Positions 55,437-64,000 of a DNA stretch of 64,000 bases are shown piece after piece. Source of the DNA: Clostridiales bacterium (GTDB lineage: Bacteria > Bacillota > Clostridia > Oscillospirales > CAG-272); NCBI GenBank assembly GCA_022800625.1, contig JAAWQR010000002.1:25596-89595 (forward strand). The letters are read 5' to 3'. The notes beneath the pieces were generated by a model. That model was not told the origin of the DNA and did no database searches. It worked only from the letters and a program-made list of their open reading frames with translations. Position 1 is the stretch's first letter. Every line of letters starts with the position of its first letter. Both the position numbers and the translations under genes were made by a program.

Positions 55437-56021
55437 ATGATAAAAAATAATAAGTTTTTGTACGCTGCGCTGCGCCCTATGATAATAATTACAAGCTTTT
55501 TGATATGCGCGGTTCTGATTGTGGGTATTACACTCAGCAGATATGAAACAACAATAAAAAAAAGTGTAAATTTCCGCTCAGAAGAGATGGGAATGCTTGA
55601 TATCAAATCAGACAAAGGATGGACAGTAGCGGATGGTACTTTGAGTATGGATTTTGAGGTTACAAATTCTGCATGTAGTCCGGACGGTGTTGAATTTGTT
55701 CTGTATTTAGCCGCATCGCCTGCGAGCGAGGCTGAATCAGCGTCGGTTATTCTTATTATCGGAGAGACGGAATATACAGCTGTCTCTGAGGAGATTGATC
55801 CTGAGAGCAGCTTGTACCGTGCGTTTGGGTATGGATACGTATACCGATTTTACAGCAGCAGTGAAGAAAAATTACAGCAGATGTTTGAGCTTAATAAAAA
55901 ATCAGAAGAAAATGAAGAAATATTGACTTCTGAAAAAATGACTGTAAAAATAAGCGGAAAAACAGGAGATAAAGAAATAGATTCAGTCGGACTCATAAAG
56001 CTTTATGCAGTTCTTGTCTGA
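55437..56021 (+). CDS. small SipW-cognate-like secreted protein (194 aa), candidate minor subunit
   Basis: IIITSFLICAVLIVGITLSRYETTIKKSVNF N-terminus. GGGGGA RBS. Confidence 0.45.
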   Translation: MIKNNKFLYAALRPMIIITSFLICAVLIVGITLSRYETTIKKSVNFRSEEMGMLDIKSDKGWTVADGTLSMDFEVTNSACSPDGVEFVLYLAASPASEAESASVILIIGETEYTAVSEEIDPESSLYRAFGYGYVYRFYSSSEEKLQQMFELNKKSEENEEILTSEKMTVKISGKTGDKEIDSVGLIKLYAVLV

Positions 56022-56060
56022 CAATAACAGCAGAGAATAAGTTAAGAAGGAGGGGAGCGC

Positions 56061-57104
56061 TTGAAAAGAGAAAAAATAAGGATAGGTCTGATACTCGGCT
56101 GCATGTCGGCTTTGTTGATATGCGGAAGTCTTGCCGTTGGACAGACGAGATCCAGATATGTTTCATCGGCAAGCGCGCCGTTCGGGTATATAATTACTGC
56201 TGATTCCGCAGAAACGATAGGCGATATCATTATAAAGGAAGAACAGACGGCAAGTGAGGACGTGACAAAAGAAAACTCTGATACCGTGAATGACAGCCAT
56301 GAAACTATAGCTGTGACAGGAAGCGAAGAATCGGATATACCGAAAACCGACGAAGAGAGCGGTAATACTTCTGAACCGGTTGAACCAAAAATTACAGACC
56401 CGACTTTGATTCCCGAATTTATGACAGACTTTTTCGGCGACGGTCCGCTGGCGTTAAAGCTTGATAAATCTCGCGGAGCACTAAAACTTAAATTTATGAG
56501 CGGGGGCGAAGTTGCGAAGCCCTTAACAGACGTCAGATACAGTATTGACCGAGGAAAAACATGGTACAAACTTGAGAACATTTCCGAATTTACATTAAAA
56601 GATATGAGTACGGACGGTTATATTATTTTTGACTTCAATGCGACAGGTGAAATATCAGAAAACGTAATTCGGATTTATGCCGAGGACGGAAGCGGAAATA
56701 TGTGCGAGATCGAGGCAGAAAAGAAAGACGGCTTGTGCATTGAATATGACGCGAATCTTCCATGGCTTATAGATGCGTCGGGTTCAGGCACGGCGGATAA
56801 GACAGTTACGGGATATAATATATCAAACTGTGAAATGACAAAAAAACTTGAATATATGGAAAAGACAGACAGCGGATACGGATTTAAAACAGTCGACGGC
56901 GAAGCTTTAAAAGGACTTATTAAATCTGAAGTTTCAACAGACGGAGAAGCATTCAGAGACACATTTAATGTGACAGACCTGGAAAGCGGACAAACTGCAG
57001 TTGTACCGCCCGGTCAGTACCGAATGACATACACATGGAATTTCGGTGATATTACTGTGTACGAAACGGTGATTCCGTTTTTTATAAATTATTCGATGAA
57101 ATAA
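56061..57104 (+). CDS. secreted protein (347 aa) with SRY-type N-terminus, candidate minor subunit
   Basis: GLILGCMSALLICGSLAVGQTRSRYVSSASAPFG. TTG start after GGAGGGGAG. Confidence 0.45.
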   Translation: MKREKIRIGLILGCMSALLICGSLAVGQTRSRYVSSASAPFGYIITADSAETIGDIIIKEEQTASEDVTKENSDTVNDSHETIAVTGSEESDIPKTDEESGNTSEPVEPKITDPTLIPEFMTDFFGDGPLALKLDKSRGALKLKFMSGGEVAKPLTDVRYSIDRGKTWYKLENISEFTLKDMSTDGYIIFDFNATGEISENVIRIYAEDGSGNMCEIEAEKKDGLCIEYDANLPWLIDASGSGTADKTVTGYNISNCEMTKKLEYMEKTDSGYGFKTVDGEALKGLIKSEVSTDGEAFRDTFNVTDLESGQTAVVPPGQYRMTYTWNFGDITVYETVIPFFINYSMK

Positions 57105-57144
57105 TATATCTGTTAAGCAGCAGTGATTAAGGAGATATAAAGCA

Positions 57145-60100
57145 GTGAAAAAAGATACACGGGAAAGAATAAATTTATATGAAGAGCGCTTGCCGAAAGT
57201 AAAGGAGAAGGCGCTCGGAGCAGCCGCCATGCTTGTTGTTGCGGGCGTTATGGCTGTAAGCGCAACATTTGCGTGGGTTACTCTGTCAGCAGCTCCGGAA
57301 GCAGGAAAAATAAGTACGACGGTATCGGCTAACGGAAACCTTGAGATCGCACTGGCTGATCTTGACGGAGCCGAACCCGACGTCAGCGCAGTTGGGGATT
57401 CTACGGCAGCGGGAAAGAAGCTGACTGAAGCGAATCTCACATGGGGAAACCTTGTCAATTTATCGGATGACAGCTATGGACTGTCAAACCTGACTTTGCG
57501 CCCGGCTCGTTTGAATACGGAAGCGCTGCGTAAGAAACCTTTGCGCGGAGTTAAATACGGAACTGACGGAAGAATTACGGACTATGACTCAAGCTATGCT
57601 TTCAGTATATGGGATACCAAGGAAGGCAGATTTGTTGTAAAAGAAGGCGATGTATTCGGCGTCAGAGGTATATCTTCCGTTACATATGAAGCTTCAAGCG
57701 AAGAGTGGCAATTTGTCAATACTCTTGTTGAAAATTATGATTCTGCCATAACAAAGGCTCAGCAGAAGTATTCGGAGCTTGTAAACAGTTCCGAGAGTCA
57801 GGGATTGGTTCAGGCGCTGCTTGAAAAGTATATTGATATAAAAGTCAATACTGTTCCTATGGCTAATAAAGACTGCTCGGATGTTTTGGAGCAAATGTAT
57901 AATCTACTCGTTGATTATGAGAAGTGCATGAACGCTGAGGGTGAAGCTTATCTGCGGTTGATTGATTTGCAGATGTATCAAAAATGGGGCATGGCTGAAT
58001 ATGGAAATCATACCATAAAATCAGTTGATGAGCTTAGACAGAACAGCGCTGCACAATTGACAGGTAAAAATATTGTGTTGGACGGTGTAACACGTAAAGA
58101 GAAGTATTGGGGTACTGCACCTGAACGTACCACTAACTATGGATATAACCAATACAGAACCGACTATAATAATATCGACACAGATGTTGCCCGCCTGAAA
58201 AAATTGATCGATGACGGCGGAGTAGCAACTTGGGCAGATCTGAATGCTATAATTAACAGAGTTGTTGATATCAATACAGCAACTCTTGTAGTCGGTGACA
58301 AAACGAAAGCAGTTGCTTCTATCGGTATTAGCGACGGCTTGACTTTAAACAGTGAGAGAAATATAGTCCATCCGGCTAAGCTTAATAACGGTTATCTTAA
58401 AAATTTTGAACAGCGAGTCGGAGGAAGCGGTCGCTTCAACTATAGTACAACAGTTTCGGCTACAGCTATGGGAATTACGGTTCCGGTAAAGACAATGGTA
58501 ACAACAAGTGCTGAAGCTGTGACTACGGAGCATTCCGAGTCAAAGGTTTACGGTATGGGTAACGATTTGGCTTATACCAATAAACTTATAGAGTCAGGAC
58601 TCGAGGGAGGCTCGCTTGCTGCGGCTGAGGATACTTACGGTATGGCAATTGACATGTGGGTCCGCACAAATGCGCCCGACGCTGCGCTGATCCTTGAAGG
58701 AAAAGCCGATATCGAAACTGAGATTGTCAAAGTGACCGGAACGGTAAACGGTAAGACAGTTGAGCTATACACAACTACTGTTAGGGGAGCAGGAAAGACA
58801 GAGCAGGCAAGCGTACCTCTTTATCATAAACCGGGAGACGATTTGACATGGTATGAATACGGAACACGCGATTTCGCGGGAACTGAAAATAACAGTCCGT
58901 ATACTTTACCTGATGGAAAGATACCTGCTCCCACGATGAAAACAGATGACGAAACCGGCGCTGAAGTTCAGGAACAGCTTGAAATTACAGTGGGCGGGGA
59001 AAAGATAATGGTAGACGCATACTACATTATCGTAGATAAAACTGTATATGAAGAGCGTGAGGTTTCTCTTTACAAAACAGACAGCGGTGAGTTCCGCGGA
59101 TATGATGAAGCATCCGGCAATACTTACGATATTACTCTGACCGAAGCAGAAAAGGCTGCGGTTAAAGAAAAAACTAAACAAGTTGAGCGAGTTACCGGAT
59201 TTGAAGGAGAAAACAGAGTTTGGAACGAATCTGATTCTGACGCATTACTTCTTAAAGATAATAACACAACGCAGGGTGTGGGAAGCAGTTATGTGTTCTA
59301 TTCCTACACTCCGACGGATCAGGCAAATACTCTTAAGCTTCTCGGAAGCATGAAAGTTGCATTTGTAGATGAGTTCGGAGACTTGCTTGCGATCGCGGGA
59401 ATGGATACGGATCATGCATATGCAGAGATTGGTAAGGTCACAGTTCCGCTTGTAATCGAATCAGGCATTAACGCAGGCGAGGATGAAGACGGAAATGCCA
59501 TATACGGAATTACAAAGCTTCGTCAGAATGAAGCATCTATGATTACATCTATTCTGTATATCGACGGTGAAAAGATTACAAACGATCAGGTTCTTGCCGT
59601 AAACGATATTCAGGGACAGCTCAATATTCAATTCGGAACGAACTGTGATCTTGACGCAGCGACAAACGAGCCTCTTGCAATTAAAGAGCGTACAGTCAGT
59701 GCAACAATATCAAAGAACAGCTTTACAGCTTCGGATAATAACCGAAATGCAATGGTGACGGTTACAGTGGAAGGCGACGAACCGAATATAGTTGAAGCGA
59801 ACTTTATGCGTCAGATCAGTAAAACGCAGGGTACCCGTATGGATACACTGAGCTTTACAAATGAAAATGGCAGTTGGACTGCTGAGGCAAACTTCGGAGC
59901 ACCCGGAAAGTATGTGCTTCGGTCGGTAAAACTCAACGGAATAGATATAGACCTGAAAGAACCGATAGAAGTAACGGTTGACGGATTCGGGTTGTCGCGG
60001 CTTGATGTTAAGTCGATATCAGCCGATGCAACAGCGTTTGGAGATACGCACATATTTACGGCAAAGAGCTCTGCCGATTCGGTTGAGGGAGAGATAAATC

Positions 60101-62628
60101 TTACCTTAACGGGAGAATGGGCAGGAAATGTTAAGTCGCTGAAAGCTCAGCTTGTAGATGTAAACGACGCATCCAATACCGTAACGGTTGATATGAAAGA
60201 GGAGGGCAACGGCGGTGCTTGGAGCGGAATTGCAGCATTCACACAAAGCCGTAAATATAAGCTTGCATATCTGATTGCGGACGGAGAATACTTTGATATT
60301 GACGAGCTTGGCGCAAGACAAGGAACAAATTTTGCTTGGACGGCTGATATACATCTCGGACTGCGGGCTGCGGTAAGTATAGAGAGACGAAATCAGGAAT
60401 TCCTGTTTGAGGGGGAAGCACGTTCTATTCCGGTAAAAGTACAAATCCTTGACAACAGCGGAAACTTGATGCCGTATGAGAATAATGTTAAGCTTGTATA
60501 TCAAAAACGCGGCTCGGCGCAGGAAATTTCTGCGGAAGGTCTTGTATGGAATGCGTTCAGTGAATATTATGAAGGCGGAAACTTCCCGATAACGCAAGCA
60601 GGCGTATACAGCTTCTCATATCTTGAGGCAGACGGCAGCCGTATCAATGTTGCGTCATCTGCTCCGATGATACGCGCAATGTCCCTCAATCCTCCGGAAT
60701 TTACAAACAGTTATAATACTTCCGCATATCAGTTTGCGCCTGATGCAGACGCTGTGATGTATGCACAGCTTGCATATGCGACAGCAGTTGAAGTTGAAGC
60801 ATATGCTGTAAATACAAGAGGAGCGCAGGCAGGCACAGGAGAATGGGTAGCGGGAATACCTGTAGACACAAACGATCCGAATCTGCCGTCAGATTCCGCT
60901 GTATTCAGCTTTATGCCCAAAAACGGAAGCACACAGGACGGAGACTGGGAAATCAGAGAATTGCGCTTTACAGGCGTAACAACTGAGGACGGACATACAT
61001 ATGACGGTGAAGAAAACGGCGGATACTATCCGGTCAAGCTGAGTAAGGATGAATATGTAAAATCATCTATCCGTACAAGTGTGAATGTTGAATTAACTAA
61101 TCCGGACGAAACTGCGTTCAGCGGAAAGTTTATGGATGCTCATACGATCGGCGGCTTAAAGGTTATTGTTTCAGATGCTTACCGAGAAGAACTTCGTACA
61201 GATGCGGCAAAAGTCGGCGGAGTGAATGTAACCTACACCCATAAGGCGGGCACGGCGTCAGAGTACGGTCATTATACACTTGCTGACGGAAGTGAAGCAG
61301 ATGGCGAATCGGTTGTTGCTAATTTGCCTATGTCTGACAATAAAACGGCGGTGCAAAACGGTTCACCGGAATTCAGAACTGCCGGTGAATATGACGGAGT
61401 TCTCACTTTCAGTATATCGGCAAACGAAAAGAATTATAATTATTCTACAAATTCGTCAGATGATCCTGAAATTAAGAATCCTGTAAATTATGTTGATGTT
61501 AAGCAGATAAAGATATCGTCTGAGAAGCCGATGCTTAAGATAACGTCAGTATCTCCTGCACCTAGTACAACTTTCCAGATTAACCCAAATGGCTTAAGCG
61601 ATCCCAAATGGTTAAATAGTCATAATTTTTTAAGTCCTGATGGTTTATATGCAAGATTGTCTTGTAATGCAAAAAGCACATCATCGACCTCTTGGTCAAA
61701 AGCAACAGTTAGATTGATTGATGCCGGAACCAACTATACAAGCGCATCGTTTACAGTTAAAGCACAATTTGAAGGTGAAACTGATTATTCTGCGACATAT
61801 TCCTATACACCTAATACAATTGAAATTACTAAAGAAATTGGTGGAGGAGGAGAACTTGGAATTTTTGGCATTAAACATTATGCACGCGCAGGATATCAAA
61901 AATTTGATGATATTGAAATGAGCTATGACGGTGATACATACAAAGTTGAATTGAGTGATAGACTTGAGATCTATGGTTACGATACAAAGATTCCTTCATT
62001 CCAATATAGTGCTGGAGATTATAGTAGCAACGGAGTTGTAGTGCCTTCGGAAACGGTTGAATTTCCATACTATGATCAGAATAAGAATGTGATAACGCTT
62101 GGATCGGTAGATGATGCTCATAAGACTCTTAATGACACATATGAAGAAGCCGGAGATTTGGACAGTACAAGAACACAAACTACAGAAAGCACTGAAACGC
62201 TTTACTATGAAGGCAGCGAGGGAAGCGGATGTAACAAAAAAACCGTTTATTTCCCATATACTGTCAAGACTGTTATAGAAAAAACACCGGCTGTCAAGAA
62301 CACATATAATGCTACCTACAATTTTGCCGGATGGAAAATTATGCAGAAGACTCAGCAAACAGGAGCAGAGACACAGTATGGCGGAGGACGTACATATACC
62401 GTTGGTACTAAACTTACATTTGCAACAAGTGCTCAGCAGGACTATACAGCAACTCCTGTTTATAATGTAGGTGACAAGGAATTTGTTTCTTCGACTGAGC
62501 AGAACTACATAGTAACAAAAGTAACGGTAACAGCCGGCACTAAAACGGAAACAAAGCCAAGTGGAACAAAAAAGGACAGCGCTGCTGATATCACGAGTTT
62601 AGCTGGGACAACGGAAAGCTGGGAGTAA
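57145..62628 (+). CDS. 1827-aa protein: TasA-like SipW-cognate module fused to a C-terminal extension of about 1000 aa (candidate tip adhesin)
   Basis: AMLVVAGVMAVSATFAWVTLSAAPEAGKISTTVSANGNLEIALAD N-terminus. The family C-terminal motif SILYIDGEKITNDQVLAVNDIQGQLNIQF sits near residue 800. No LPXTG and no C-terminal TM. GTG start after AAGGAG. Confidence 0.6.
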   Translation: MKKDTRERINLYEERLPKVKEKALGAAAMLVVAGVMAVSATFAWVTLSAAPEAGKISTTVSANGNLEIALADLDGAEPDVSAVGDSTAAGKKLTEANLTWGNLVNLSDDSYGLSNLTLRPARLNTEALRKKPLRGVKYGTDGRITDYDSSYAFSIWDTKEGRFVVKEGDVFGVRGISSVTYEASSEEWQFVNTLVENYDSAITKAQQKYSELVNSSESQGLVQALLEKYIDIKVNTVPMANKDCSDVLEQMYNLLVDYEKCMNAEGEAYLRLIDLQMYQKWGMAEYGNHTIKSVDELRQNSAAQLTGKNIVLDGVTRKEKYWGTAPERTTNYGYNQYRTDYNNIDTDVARLKKLIDDGGVATWADLNAIINRVVDINTATLVVGDKTKAVASIGISDGLTLNSERNIVHPAKLNNGYLKNFEQRVGGSGRFNYSTTVSATAMGITVPVKTMVTTSAEAVTTEHSESKVYGMGNDLAYTNKLIESGLEGGSLAAAEDTYGMAIDMWVRTNAPDAALILEGKADIETEIVKVTGTVNGKTVELYTTTVRGAGKTEQASVPLYHKPGDDLTWYEYGTRDFAGTENNSPYTLPDGKIPAPTMKTDDETGAEVQEQLEITVGGEKIMVDAYYIIVDKTVYEEREVSLYKTDSGEFRGYDEASGNTYDITLTEAEKAAVKEKTKQVERVTGFEGENRVWNESDSDALLLKDNNTTQGVGSSYVFYSYTPTDQANTLKLLGSMKVAFVDEFGDLLAIAGMDTDHAYAEIGKVTVPLVIESGINAGEDEDGNAIYGITKLRQNEASMITSILYIDGEKITNDQVLAVNDIQGQLNIQFGTNCDLDAATNEPLAIKERTVSATISKNSFTASDNNRNAMVTVTVEGDEPNIVEANFMRQISKTQGTRMDTLSFTNENGSWTAEANFGAPGKYVLRSVKLNGIDIDLKEPIEVTVDGFGLSRLDVKSISADATAFGDTHIFTAKSSADSVEGEINLTLTGEWAGNVKSLKAQLVDVNDASNTVTVDMKEEGNGGAWSGIAAFTQSRKYKLAYLIADGEYFDIDELGARQGTNFAWTADIHLGLRAAVSIERRNQEFLFEGEARSIPVKVQILDNSGNLMPYENNVKLVYQKRGSAQEISAEGLVWNAFSEYYEGGNFPITQAGVYSFSYLEADGSRINVASSAPMIRAMSLNPPEFTNSYNTSAYQFAPDADAVMYAQLAYATAVEVEAYAVNTRGAQAGTGEWVAGIPVDTNDPNLPSDSAVFSFMPKNGSTQDGDWEIRELRFTGVTTEDGHTYDGEENGGYYPVKLSKDEYVKSSIRTSVNVELTNPDETAFSGKFMDAHTIGGLKVIVSDAYREELRTDAAKVGGVNVTYTHKAGTASEYGHYTLADGSEADGESVVANLPMSDNKTAVQNGSPEFRTAGEYDGVLTFSISANEKNYNYSTNSSDDPEIKNPVNYVDVKQIKISSEKPMLKITSVSPAPSTTFQINPNGLSDPKWLNSHNFLSPDGLYARLSCNAKSTSSTSWSKATVRLIDAGTNYTSASFTVKAQFEGETDYSATYSYTPNTIEITKEIGGGGELGIFGIKHYARAGYQKFDDIEMSYDGDTYKVELSDRLEIYGYDTKIPSFQYSAGDYSSNGVVVPSETVEFPYYDQNKNVITLGSVDDAHKTLNDTYEEAGDLDSTRTQTTESTETLYYEGSEGSGCNKKTVYFPYTVKTVIEKTPAVKNTYNATYNFAGWKIMQKTQQTGAETQYGGGRTYTVGTKLTFATSAQQDYTATPVYNVGDKEFVSSTEQNYIVTKVTVTAGTKTETKPSGTKKDSAADITSLAGTTESWE

Positions 62629-62637
62629 TTGTGAATT

Positions 62638-62670
62638 TCTCCACACCTGCCTTTATGGCAGGTGTGGAGA
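62638..62670 (+). terminator. 14-bp-stem hairpin closing the fibre operon
   Basis: tctccacacctgcc-tttat-ggcaggtgtggaga. No clear U-tract. Confidence 0.45.
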
Positions 62671-62708
62671 TGAGGTGATTATTAAAAAGTATAAAAAAAG
62701 GGGATATT

Positions 62709-63380
62709 ATGTTAACGTATATTGCATTGGTTGTCTCAACAGTAGTTATGCTTGCTGTAATGCTATACTGTCGCAAGTATTGCGAAATATCATTAGTAAA
62801 AACAATCATCATTGCACCGATTCTTATGCTAGCAGGAGTTGAGTGCGACCACCTCATGAATTATATTGAGCAAGGGTATTGGTCCGGTATGTCATTTTAT
62901 GGATCAGTGTTATTTTTGCCGATTGTGTTTATTCTGGTAGCTTTGATACTAAGAGTTCCATATGGACGAATGATGGATATGCTTGCTATAGCAGCTTGTC
63001 CAACACTTGCGTTAATGAAGCTGAATTGCTTTTTAAACGGATGTTGCTATGGATTTGTTTTGAAAGAATATGAGGATGGATTAACTATTCGCTTCCCCAG
63101 CCAAATTGTGGAATTGATCAATGGGGTTATTTTGATGTTCGTTCTGCTGCATATATTGAAAAAAGGAAATAGAAAGGGAGAGATTTATCCTTTGTTTATG
63201 ATTATCTACGGGACTACTCGATTTATTTTGAATTTCTTCCGTGGAGACTTGCGTGGATTTTTATGGATCATTCCGCAGGGACATTTATGGTCGCTGATTT
63301 CAGTTATTATCGGCATAATATGGATAACCGTCGTGAAAGAACGCAGGAGCAATAAAGACTCGTGCGAGGTCTTGAATTGA
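62709..63380 (+). CDS. Lgt-family (prolipoprotein diacylglyceryl transferase-like) membrane protein
   Basis: Polytopic. LNCFLNGCCYG, FPSQIVELINGVIL and YGTTRFILNFFRGD resemble Lgt motifs. Confidence 0.6.
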   Translation: MLTYIALVVSTVVMLAVMLYCRKYCEISLVKTIIIAPILMLAGVECDHLMNYIEQGYWSGMSFYGSVLFLPIVFILVALILRVPYGRMMDMLAIAACPTLALMKLNCFLNGCCYGFVLKEYEDGLTIRFPSQIVELINGVILMFVLLHILKKGNRKGEIYPLFMIIYGTTRFILNFFRGDLRGFLWIIPQGHLWSLISVIIGIIWITVVKERRSNKDSCEVLN

Positions 63381-63420
63381 TTTTACCATCCAACACCAAA
63401 GAAAGGCATAGATAAAATTA

Positions 63421-64000
63421 TGATACAAAATCAAAAAAAGAAGGGCATAGTATGTTTTGCATATGTACTTCTTGTAGCTCTGTTTATGGCTCTGTGCCTT
63501 CCGATTAATGTCTCTGCAGATGACATGACGGATCTTTGCGGCGAGAGTGTTTCGTGGACTTTTGATAACGGAACGCTTACGGTGTCAGGCGAAGGAGACA
63601 TGACAAACTATACTACCGATCTCCTCGCCCCGTGGCAAAAGTTTGCGAAAGAAATTACATCGGTTGTAATTGAGGACGGGGTTACGTCAGTTGGCGCGAT
63701 GAGCTTCTATGGCTGTACCGCGGTAGCTTCTGTAAGAATTCCCGACAGCGTAGTTAAAATCGGCAGTTTTGCTTTTATGGGCTGCGAAGACTTGACTCAG
63801 GTGTTTATTGGAAACGGAGTTGTGACTATCGGTCAAAGCGCATTTGAAGCATGTTCGTCTCTTACATCGATCAGACTTCCGTCGTCACTTGAAACGATTG
63901 ATGAGAGGGCGTTCAGCCGCTGTTATGAGCTGAAAGGGATAACCATACCCGAGTCCGTTACATCGCTCGGTAAGGTATGCTTTGCGTACGATTATGCCCT
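63421..64000 (+). CDS. secreted leucine-rich-repeat (BspA-like) surface protein, 3'-truncated by the window end
   Basis: Signal peptide VCFAYVLLVALFMALCLPINVSA. Repeats of the form IPDSVVKIGSFAFMGC..L..V.I. No stop codon before 64000. Confidence 0.65.

Noticed and set aside
56042-57458. Minus-strand ORFs 56042-56581 and 56934-57458 (179 and 174 aa)
   Set aside because: They lie entirely antisense to well-supported plus-strand genes in a tightly packed operon. No RBS or recognisable motifs.

Overview
64-kb window from a Firmicute, probably Clostridia. A giant protein with a dockerin-like C-terminus suggests a Ruminococcus-like organism, but that is inference only. All family calls come from motifs read by eye; no database search was run.

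Layout, left to right:
(1) 1-12.3 kb: a visibly AT-rich island. It encodes a DegT aminotransferase, two adenylating enzymes, a carrier protein, an HExxH protein, an ABC-class ATPase, a methyltransferase and a large alpha/beta-hydrolase-like protein. It is interrupted by a decayed, GC-richer IS and carries homopolymer frameshifts.
(2) 12.3-17 kb: a GC-richer mobile module with an HTH protein, about 0.5 kb of hairpin-rich non-coding DNA, an orphan mazF, a large serine recombinase and a YhcG/DUF1016 nuclease.
(3) 17-19.7 kb: a frameshifted KAP P-loop NTPase. It is followed by a 3' fragment of tRNA-Asn with its terminator (candidate island junction) and an IS200-type transposase remnant.
(4) 20.9-24.5 kb, minus strand: an agr-like quorum-sensing locus (xre, agrB, two tandem agrD copies, LytTR regulator, AgrC-like kinase).
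(5) 25.1-29.7 kb, minus strand: an FkbH-like/ACP/MBOAT/SGNH O-acylation cassette.
(6) 30.1-31.8 kb: a tyrosine recombinase followed by a 21-bp perfect inverted-repeat pair. The repeats bracket a promoter-bearing segment upstream of a 2524-aa surface protein gene, which makes this a candidate phase-variation inverton.
(7) 39.4-62.6 kb: the most unusual part, a same-strand run of 14 genes. It contains two SipW-type signal peptidases and at least seven proteins with TasA/camelysin-like SipW-cognate N-termini (194 to 1827 aa). It also contains a degenerate HD-GYP/EAL protein, a membrane-tethered McrB-like AAA+ NTPase, and a tentatively McrC-N-terminal-like partner in which I see no nuclease motif and whose tail is a long ER/K-rich helix.

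I interpret (7) as a candidate undescribed multi-subunit extracellular fibre system with an exapted McrBC-like module.
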